From: an uncultured bacterium
Lineage (GTDB): Bacteria; Patescibacteriota; JABMPQ01; CAVVCK01
NCBI GenBank assembly: GCA_963746775.1
Contig: CAVVCK010000001.1
Location: 83,050 to 147,049 of the forward strand
DNA length: 64,000 nt
Reading direction: 5' to 3'
This document shows, piece by piece, positions 1 through 7,537 of this stretch. A model generated the notes under the pieces. That model searched no databases, was not told the origin of the DNA, and was given only the letters and a program-made list of their open reading frames with translations. Numbering within the stretch: the stretch's first letter is position 1; the number at the start of each line of letters is the position of its first letter. The translations under genes were made by a program, and so were the position numbers.

Positions 1-348
1 CCAGTATTTTCCATCTACCCCGCCTTCTTTATCTCCTATGGCGTCAACAGACATACCAAAATCATAGTCAGTAGTTTTGATTTCTAAAGCATCTTTTTCA
101 GCAGCTGCCTTTAAAGCGTCATAAGCTGTCATTCCTTCTCCAAAATCAACTTCGTAATTTTTTTCTTCATCACCGTAATTAATTGCTACTGTGACTGTCT
201 GTGCTGTTTGTTCACTAGCTATTTCTTGATTTTGTTCTTGATTCTGCTCTTGAGTTTGTTCCTGATTTGAAGAACACCCAGAACCCATAAATACAGTTGC
301 CCCTAACATCAAAACTAATGATAGTGATAGAAATTTTAATTTCTTCAT
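1..348 (-). CDS. DUF4430 / transcobalamin-like lipoprotein, probable cobalamin-binding (partial, runs off window start)
   Basis: Translated by hand (not in ORF track): MKKLKFLSLSLVLMLGATVFMGSGC-SSNQEQ...GMTAYDALK...DYDFGMSVDAIGDKEGGVDGKYW. Signal peptide ends in Cys, and the G.T.YDAL / G..V..IG / YW pattern fits DUF4430. Directly downstream of cobO. Confidence 0.7.
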   Translation of the reverse strand, partial: MKKLKFLSLSLVLMLGATVFMGSGCSSNQEQTQEQNQEQNQEIASEQTAQTVTVAINYGDEEKNYEVDFGEGMTAYDALKAAAEKDALEIKTTDYDFGMSVDAIGDKEGGVDGKYW

Positions 349-375
349 TTATTTTTCTCTTATTTAATAAATTAA

Positions 376-903
376 TTAATACTCTATTCCTTTCCTAGCT
401 TGTAAACCTTCATCATAATAATGTTTAACTTTTTTCATTTCTGTAACTAAATCTGCTTTATCTATTATCTCTTGCAAAACATTACGACCTGTTAAAACTA
501 TTTCAATGCCTTCTGGGTTTTTATTTAAAAAATCTAGAACTTCATCTTTGGAAATTAAGCCAAAATCTAAAGCTACATTTATTTCATCTAAAATTAAAAT
601 ATCAATATCTCTTGATAATACTAACTTTTTGGCAAAATTCAAGGCTTTATTTGCTAACTTCTTGTCTTCATTATTGTTATCATTTTTTCCAATAAATTCT
701 TTTCTACCAAAACTATATATTATAAAATTTGGTTCTAATTTTTTCTGTACTAACTTTTCGCCCGTTTCCTGTCCTTTCATAAATTGAACCATAACAACTT
801 TTAAACCTCGACCAACTGCTCTTAACGCTAACCCTAGAGCAGCTTTTGTTTTACCGCTACCATCACCGGTATAAACTTGTATTTTTCCTAAATATTTTTT
901 CAT
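376..903 (-). CDS. cobO: cob(I)yrinic acid a,c-diamide / cobalamin adenosyltransferase (CobO/BtuR family)
   Basis: YTGDGSGKTKAALGLALRA P-loop, VQFMKG, LDEI, LTGR, ADLVTEM, KHYY..G..ARKGIEY. Confidence 0.93.
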   Translation of the reverse strand: MKKYLGKIQVYTGDGSGKTKAALGLALRAVGRGLKVVMVQFMKGQETGEKLVQKKLEPNFIIYSFGRKEFIGKNDNNNEDKKLANKALNFAKKLVLSRDIDILILDEINVALDFGLISKDEVLDFLNKNPEGIEIVLTGRNVLQEIIDKADLVTEMKKVKHYYDEGLQARKGIEY

Positions 904-939
904 TCAAATTTTAAAATATTATGAAAATAACAGCTTTAA

Positions 940-1065
940 AATTTCCAATTTTTAATTCCTAATTACTAACAAAATACTAAATATCCATTGGATATTTCCT
1001 TGTAATCCGAAAATTTGACATTAAAAATTTTATTGGAAATTGGATATTAGTAATTAGACATTTAT
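940..1065. repeat. AT-rich heptamer-periodic palindromic intergenic element (MITE-like), copy 1
   Basis: Imperfect inverted repeat (atttccaat...attggaaat); its reverse complement aligns along its length with 52040-52193. Confidence 0.7.
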
Positions 1066-1105
1066 AAAATAACTAAATTTCTTTTCTAAAATTTCAATCT
1101 AACTT

Positions 1106-4100
1106 CTATCCACACTTCGAATACCCGCAAGATCGACAAAGCATACATCCTTCGCTAAATTCCAACATATTTCCACAATCCGGACACTCAGGTGCATGAC
1201 CCATATCAGCTAAAGAAGAAATGTCTTCTGCCTTTTTCATTACTTTTTCATTCGCCATAGATTTTTCAGAGACAGGCTTAATTTCATCAGCTATAATATT
1301 TTCTTTCCTATCTTCAACTTCTAACTTTAATTGATCTTTTTCTGATTTAATTTCTTTTTGCTCAACTTGTTTTGGATAATCTAGCGGCAATTTATTTTGC
1401 TCTCTTTTTGTGTGTTCTGTTAATATCTTAGCTATAGCATCGGGAATAGATAAGACTGTTCCTTTTTTAGTCCACGATGGCATAGGACCTCTTATTCCAG
1501 ATATTTGTTTAATAACTTCTGAAGCTGGAATATTTGATCTAAAAGCTAGCGATATAAGACGACAAATTGCTTCTGAATCAGCTGCAAAAAAACCACCTGA
1601 TTTTCCTATAGTTGCAAATACTTCAAAAGGCTTTCCTTCTTCATCGCTATTAATAGTTACATATAAACCTCCATAGGCAGTCTTTAATTCATAAGTAGAT
1701 CCAGCGACTACTTCTGGACGTGGTTTTTTCGGTAAAGACTGAACAATTATTTCTTTAATGACTTTTTTCTCGTCTTGTTTTGAATCTCCTGTTTTTAAAA
1801 CTTGTAAATCTTTACAACCATCTCTATAAACTGTTACCCCTTTGCAACCTAGCTTATACGCCTCTTTATAAACCCTAGCTATATCTTCTTTTTTAGCATC
1901 ATTTTTAAAGTTTATAGTTTTTGATACTGCATTGTCTGTATATTTTTGAAAAGCAGCTTGTATTTTTAAATCCCATTCAGGCTCAATATCCCTAGATGTT
2001 ACAAAAATCTTTTTTAAATCATCAGGTACTTCATTCAAATTTTGAATACTACCTTCTTTAAATATTTTTTTAACTAATTCTTTGCTATAAAATCCTCTTT
2101 TTTCAGCTTCTGCAAAAAATAACGGATGAATTTCAAATTGATTAACCCCACCCATTGAATTTTCCCGACTATAAACTAGTGCATAGACAGGTTCTACACC
2201 AGATGAACAAGAAGCTACAATACTAGTATACCCAGTAGGCGCAATTGTTGTCACTGCAGCATTACGCATCGTTTTAAATTTCTTTCTTTTATACCAAACA
2301 CTTTCTCTAAAGTTTAGAAAGTTGCCCTTTTTTTCTCCTAATTCTTTTGAAGTTCTATGCGCTTCACGAGTTACAAATTTTATTAATTCGCAAGCAATTT
2401 CTACAGCCTTATTAGAATTATAGGGAATCCCCATTTTAATCAACATATCAGCAAAACCCATTACACCTAATCCTATTTTTCTATTATCATGAGCCATTTT
2501 CTTCATCTGAGGCAAAGGAAATGTATTGAGATCAATAGTATTATCTAAATAATGAACACCATAATTAACTGTTTCTTTCAACTTATCATAATCAATTACA
2601 TATTTATCTTTTTCTTCTTTTAACATCCTAGATAGTACAATCGAACCTAGATTACAAGTTTCATACGGCAGCAAAGGTTGTTCTCCGCAAGGATTAGTTG
2701 TGTCTATTTTACCTAAATGTGGAGTAGGGTTATCTTTCTCAATCCTGTCTAAAAACAAAACTCCTGGATCACCAGTATTCCAAGCATGATCTACTATTAA
2801 ATTAAATATTTCTCTGGCTTTTACCTTTTTTACTTCTTTTCCTGCACTTGGATCTATTAAAGAATATGAGCTCTCTTCCTTTAGCGCTCGCATAAACTTA
2901 TCAGTCACTCCTACGGATATATTAAAATTAGTCAGACTCACTCCATCATCTTTAGCTTTAATAAATTCTTCAATATCAGGATGATCAATATTTAAAATAA
3001 CCATGCTGCCTTGTTTTCTACCTCCTTTTGTTTTGATAGTATCTTGTGTTTGATCAAAAGCCTTCATAAAAGCCACAGGACCGGCTGCCATTTCTTGAGT
3101 CGAACCTACTGAACTATTTTTAGAACGTAATTTTGAAAAATTTATACCAGTACCACAGGTAGATTTATGTACCAAAACATTCTCTGACATTATCTTCATA
3201 ATACTCTCAATAGAATCTTCAATGGGCAAGGCGAAACAAGCAGATAAGGTTAAATTTTTATCACCAGCATTGCGTAATGATTGTCCAGAAATAAATTCTA
3301 AGCGAGACATCATTCCATAAAATTTTTCTTCTGTTTCCTTAATCTTACTTTTGTAGCCTGGATATTTTTTATCTGCTGAAGCAATAAACCCAGCTACTCT
3401 TCTAAACAATTCTTCTGGTGTTTCAATTACTTCTCCTTTATCATCTTTTTTTAAAGCTCTTTTTTCTAATACAGTCAGCGCATTATCAGCTAATTTTATT
3501 TTTGTACTCAAATTCTTTTCTTCCCTAATTTCTATAGGAGGCTCTGCTTTTTCTTCTTTTATTTTTCCAGCATTTAATATCTGTTCTTGCTTTGATCCAT
3601 CTCTGTAAACTGTAATACCCTTACAACCCAATTCATAAGCCATAACATAAGCTTTCTTAACATCCTCTATTTTAGCATTTTGAGGAAAATTAATTGTTTT
3701 TGAAACTGCGTTATCCGTATATTCCTGTGCGGCTGCTTGAATTTTCACATGCCATTCAAATGGTACATCATGAGCTGTTACAAATATTTTCTTATACTTG
3801 TCAGGTACTTCATCAATTTTTTGCAATGATCCATGTTCTTGTAATTTTTCTATCAATTTTTCACTATAAAATCCTTCTGATTTAGCTACTTCTTCAAAGA
3901 CAGGATCAATAAATATTAATGTCTTACTGGCTCTATTTTCACTGCCACTTTCAAAAAAAGTTCTTCTAGCACTAAACAATGAAAAAACTGGTTCTACCCC
4001 CGATGAAGTATTACCCACCATACTAATAGTACCATTAGGAGCAATAGTAGTAATAGTTGCATTTCTAACTTTTAATTTCTTTTTTTCAAAACTGCTACCT

Positions 4101-5341
4101 TTATAGGCAGGTAATATTCCCCTTTTTCTAGCCAAATTGCAAGATTCTTTTTCTCCTTCTTCTTTAATAAATTTCATTATCCTTTTAATTAAAACAAGTG
4201 ATTCATTGCTATTATAAGGAATACCTAGTCTATATAGACCCTGAGCATAACCCATAATGCCAAGACCTATTTTCCTTGTTTTTAATACATTCTCTCTAAT
4301 TTGAGGAAGTGGATAATTATTTAGATCAATCATATTATCCATAAAATGTATAACTGTCTTAACAGTTTTTTTCATATCATCCCAATCAATTTTTCCATTT
4401 TTTATGTGCCCCGGAAATATAATCGAACCTAGATTACATGATTCATAGGGAAGCAAGGGCTGCTCACCACAAGGATTAGTTGCTTCAATTTTACCAAGCT
4501 GCGGGGTTGGATTATCTTTTTCCAATTTATCTAAAAAAATAATTCCTGGATCAGCGCAAGACCAAGCTTTTTCGACAATTAAATTAAAAATCTTGCTGGC
4601 TGATAATTTTTTTACCTTCTTTCCATTCCTAGGATTTATTAAATAATAATCCTCATCACGCCTTACTCTTTCCATAAAATCAGCTGTCACACCAACAGAT
4701 ATATTAAAATTTTTCAATTCAGATGAACCATTCTTTAAATTAATAAATTCCAAAATATCTGGATGATCAATATTTAAAATTCCCATATTTGCTCCATGCC
4801 TTTTACCTCCCTGCAAAACTCTTGATAGCGCTTGATCAAAAGATTTTACATAATGAATAGGTCCAGCAGCAATATTAGGAATATTTTTTACTTTATCACC
4901 TTTAGGCCTAATACTAGAAAAATTAAAACCAGTACCTCCATTATTTTGCTGAATAGTGGCTGCGTTTGCTAAACTTCCGAAAATTCCTTCCAGAGAATCT
5001 TTAATTGGTACTACAAAGCAGGAAGAAAGTTGTCCTGTATTATTATTGCCGGCTTCAAATAAAACTCTACCCCCTGGCAAAAATTTTAAAGAGGCCATTA
5101 TTTTGTAAAATTTTTCCGTTGTCTCATCTAAAATTTTATTCTTACTCTTCCTTTCGGATTTATCTAAATAATTACTATCAGCTGAAGCCATAAACTTAGC
5201 TACTCTATAAAACATTTCAGCCGGGGTCTCAATTGGATTGCCCTTCTTATCGGTTTTAGTATACCTTTTATTAATTACCTCAATGGCATTTTCGGATAAT
5301 GTTGGCACAATTTCTTCTGTGATTTTATTTTTTTTGGTCAT
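1106..5341 (-). CDS. nrdJ: Adenosylcobalamin-dependent (class II) ribonucleotide reductase with two tandem catalytic domains, plus a TSCPD domain and C-terminal Cys-rich Zn finger
   Basis: Two full motif sets: QLSSC/TLSAC, TNPCGEQPL twice, E.CNLGS twice, TIAP.G twice, DNAVSKTIN twice, GCKG.TVYRDG twice. C-terminus has CPDC..CRSCGYSKCG. Start placed at MTKKNK (5341), 8 nt after the upstream stop. Confidence 0.93.
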   Translation of the reverse strand: MTKKNKITEEIVPTLSENAIEVINKRYTKTDKKGNPIETPAEMFYRVAKFMASADSNYLDKSERKSKNKILDETTEKFYKIMASLKFLPGGRVLFEAGNNNTGQLSSCFVVPIKDSLEGIFGSLANAATIQQNNGGTGFNFSSIRPKGDKVKNIPNIAAGPIHYVKSFDQALSRVLQGGKRHGANMGILNIDHPDILEFINLKNGSSELKNFNISVGVTADFMERVRRDEDYYLINPRNGKKVKKLSASKIFNLIVEKAWSCADPGIIFLDKLEKDNPTPQLGKIEATNPCGEQPLLPYESCNLGSIIFPGHIKNGKIDWDDMKKTVKTVIHFMDNMIDLNNYPLPQIRENVLKTRKIGLGIMGYAQGLYRLGIPYNSNESLVLIKRIMKFIKEEGEKESCNLARKRGILPAYKGSSFEKKKLKVRNATITTIAPNGTISMVGNTSSGVEPVFSLFSARRTFFESGSENRASKTLIFIDPVFEEVAKSEGFYSEKLIEKLQEHGSLQKIDEVPDKYKKIFVTAHDVPFEWHVKIQAAAQEYTDNAVSKTINFPQNAKIEDVKKAYVMAYELGCKGITVYRDGSKQEQILNAGKIKEEKAEPPIEIREEKNLSTKIKLADNALTVLEKRALKKDDKGEVIETPEELFRRVAGFIASADKKYPGYKSKIKETEEKFYGMMSRLEFISGQSLRNAGDKNLTLSACFALPIEDSIESIMKIMSENVLVHKSTCGTGINFSKLRSKNSSVGSTQEMAAGPVAFMKAFDQTQDTIKTKGGRKQGSMVILNIDHPDIEEFIKAKDDGVSLTNFNISVGVTDKFMRALKEESSYSLIDPSAGKEVKKVKAREIFNLIVDHAWNTGDPGVLFLDRIEKDNPTPHLGKIDTTNPCGEQPLLPYETCNLGSIVLSRMLKEEKDKYVIDYDKLKETVNYGVHYLDNTIDLNTFPLPQMKKMAHDNRKIGLGVMGFADMLIKMGIPYNSNKAVEIACELIKFVTREAHRTSKELGEKKGNFLNFRESVWYKRKKFKTMRNAAVTTIAPTGYTSIVASCSSGVEPVYALVYSRENSMGGVNQFEIHPLFFAEAEKRGFYSKELVKKIFKEGSIQNLNEVPDDLKKIFVTSRDIEPEWDLKIQAAFQKYTDNAVSKTINFKNDAKKEDIARVYKEAYKLGCKGVTVYRDGCKDLQVLKTGDSKQDEKKVIKEIIVQSLPKKPRPEVVAGSTYELKTAYGGLYVTINSDEEGKPFEVFATIGKSGGFFAADSEAICRLISLAFRSNIPASEVIKQISGIRGPMPSWTKKGTVLSIPDAIAKILTEHTKREQNKLPLDYPKQVEQKEIKSEKDQLKLEVEDRKENIIADEIKPVSEKSMANEKVMKKAEDISSLADMGHAPECPDCGNMLEFSEGCMLCRSCGYSKCG

Positions 5342-5349
5342 TTTATATA

Positions 5350-6144
5350 TTAAGATAAATTTTTTAATAACAAATCCCATGAATTTTTTATATCTTCTTT
5401 TTCTAATATTTCTAAACTAAGAAAATTATTATAATTAATTTTTTTAAGAAAAATAATAAACTCTTCTAAATTTAAATCTCCTTTTTTCTGAAAACCAAAA
5501 TGGGCTTGACCATTTTTTATAGCATTATGCAAATGAATATTTTTAATACTATTTTTATTGTTTTTTAAAAACTTTAAAAAACTATCATTATTTTGCACAC
5601 AATGTCCAACATCTATAGTAAAATTTATATCGGGAATAAAAGATTTAATTTTTGATAATTCGTTAAGCAACACAGGATATGATATCTGAGTTGTTTTCTT
5701 TAAAGAAACATTTTCTATTGCAATGCTCATTTTATTTGCTGCATATTTTATTATTTGTTGAAAATTTTCTATAAATGTTTTTCTAACTTCGTTTTTACTT
5801 AAAAATAATGGATAAGATCCAGCATGAATAGTAACTACCTTTGACCTTAATCTAACTGCAATATCTATTGTCTTTTTTAAAATATTAATTGATGCTTTGT
5901 TAACCTCTTTATGAGTAGATATTAATGTTAAATTTATAAAAGGAGCATGAATAATTATTTCATAATTAGAAAGTTTCTTTTTTATCCATTCTATTTCCCT
6001 AATATTAAGATCATTTTCTTCTAACCATATTTCTATAAAATCAAGACCGTTAAACTTGTTTAAAAAATTAATATATTCTTCCCATTTATCTTTATTATAG
6101 GATGTAAGATTTAGGAAAAGTCCTTTTTTAAATAATCTGCTCAT
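5350..6144 (-). CDS. Xylose-isomerase-like / AP-endonuclease-2 family TIM-barrel metalloprotein
   Basis: HAPF, HAG, IEN, DVGH, IHLHN, H and LE metal-ligand pattern. Confidence 0.8.
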   Translation of the reverse strand: MSRLFKKGLFLNLTSYNKDKWEEYINFLNKFNGLDFIEIWLEENDLNIREIEWIKKKLSNYEIIIHAPFINLTLISTHKEVNKASINILKKTIDIAVRLRSKVVTIHAGSYPLFLSKNEVRKTFIENFQQIIKYAANKMSIAIENVSLKKTTQISYPVLLNELSKIKSFIPDINFTIDVGHCVQNNDSFLKFLKNNKNSIKNIHLHNAIKNGQAHFGFQKKGDLNLEEFIIFLKKINYNNFLSLEILEKEDIKNSWDLLLKNLS

Positions 6145-6145
6145 T

Positions 6146-7528
6146 TTATTTACAATATCTTTTAAATAATTCTGGTGAAAATATTTTATCTCTAATATGA
6201 GATTTTAAAAATCTTGCATTGAACTTATCTTTTCTTTCTTTTTCAACCCTCTGCTCTAAAATATGTCTAAATTTTTCTATTTTTTTAATTGTGTCTTTAT
6301 CACCACCATAATACACAGAAAAACAGGGTGATATTAAATTTTGATATAAACCAAGATAAAAATGACCATTATGAATTATATAAGATGGTAACTCAGCAAT
6401 AACTCCACCACTAACTTCGTTTTGTGGAGAAACTTGATGTTTATATTTCTCTCCCAAAAAATTCTGTTGTAAACAAGTTTTATAAGGAAATTTTTTAGCT
6501 CTAAAATCTTTCATAATAACAACTTCTTCCTCATCTTTTTTAAGCTGCTCTTCAAAATCATCTCCGATCATACTATCCAATATTGTTGGAGTAAAAAAAT
6601 GTATGCTAACATCAAAATCCGTACCCTTAGCTTTAAATTTTTGACTAAATATATCGGCTTTGCCCCCCCCTAATAACTTTTTAAATTCTTCCATTCTACC
6701 AAAAAAAATATTTCTTTCTTCTTCAGTGAAAATGTTTGAACCTTTCAATTTTTTCCATAAATTTTCTTCAAATTTATTTTCTTCCGCAACTACAATTAAA
6801 TCAATATCTGAACTGCCAGTTTCATCTAATAATTTTCTTATATTATAAAAAGGACCATAGCTCATAGAACCACCAACAATTACACTATCCGCCAAACCTT
6901 CCATCAGATTTGTTAACTCTTTTATTTTATAAAATCTCTCTAAAGTGCCTTCAACACTTTCAATAAAACTCGGTTTTCTTTTTCCCAACTCTTTTCCTTT
7001 GCTTATTTTAAGAAAATCTGGCAAACTTGGTTTTAATTCAGTTAAAATGTCTATTAATTTTTCACCAAAAACTTTGATATCTATGTTTTCCTTGATATGG
7101 CACATATAAACTTGCTCAAGAAAACTTGCTAACCAGGCCTTTATTAATATTTCATGATAATTATGCAAATCAAAATGTTTTACTTCATTTAATAAAGAAG
7201 TAAATCTATTTTCCCAATTAGAAACATCAACATCTTTTAATATCTCATCAAAATTCTTTTTAAATCTTTCTATCCCCATAAACTCGTCTACCATCTTACC
7301 TTCTGTATAAACAAAATTAGCATCGCTATTTAAAAATTCTCTCTCAATATTTCTTAATTCATCTATATTTTTACTTTCTGTTATTTTCTTTAAGAGAGTC
7401 AATGCTTCTTTCTCTTCTAAGAGTCCTTGAAAATATAAATCATGGATATTTATCTTTAAATTTTGCTTTAAATTTTCAAAACTATCCAAAGATTCAATTT
7501 TTTCATTAGTTGTTTCAAATTCAATCAT
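6146..7528 (-). CDS. Uncharacterised protein with a Pol-beta-superfamily nucleotidyltransferase-like motif
   Basis: VIVGGSMSYG...SSDIDLIVV (hGS..DhD) after a roughly 200-aa helical N-terminus. Confidence 0.6.
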   Translation of the reverse strand: MIEFETTNEKIESLDSFENLKQNLKINIHDLYFQGLLEEKEALTLLKKITESKNIDELRNIEREFLNSDANFVYTEGKMVDEFMGIERFKKNFDEILKDVDVSNWENRFTSLLNEVKHFDLHNYHEILIKAWLASFLEQVYMCHIKENIDIKVFGEKLIDILTELKPSLPDFLKISKGKELGKRKPSFIESVEGTLERFYKIKELTNLMEGLADSVIVGGSMSYGPFYNIRKLLDETGSSDIDLIVVAEENKFEENLWKKLKGSNIFTEEERNIFFGRMEEFKKLLGGGKADIFSQKFKAKGTDFDVSIHFFTPTILDSMIGDDFEEQLKKDEEEVVIMKDFRAKKFPYKTCLQQNFLGEKYKHQVSPQNEVSGGVIAELPSYIIHNGHFYLGLYQNLISPCFSVYYGGDKDTIKKIEKFRHILEQRVEKERKDKFNARFLKSHIRDKIFSPELFKRYCK

Positions 7529-7537
7529 TATTTTTTA

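Noticed and set aside
904-1105. Cobalamin riboswitch upstream of cobO
   Set aside because: No GGGAA/GCCACUG-like core visible; the region is occupied by the AT-rich repeat element.
1106-5341. Intein or intron as the explanation for the oversized nrdJ
   Set aside because: The extra length is a second full RNR barrel; no C...HN splice motifs or LAGLIDADG blocks seen.
5342-5380. Upstream start (MGFVIKK) for the double nrdJ as given by the ORF track
   Set aside because: It overlaps the TIM-barrel gene end; the ATG at 5341 matches the N-terminal length of the paralog.
6146-7528. CBASS cyclase (CD-NTase) assignment
   Set aside because: No adjacent effector or Cap2/Cap3 genes, and the context is NrdR-regulated; only the generic NTase motif is supported.
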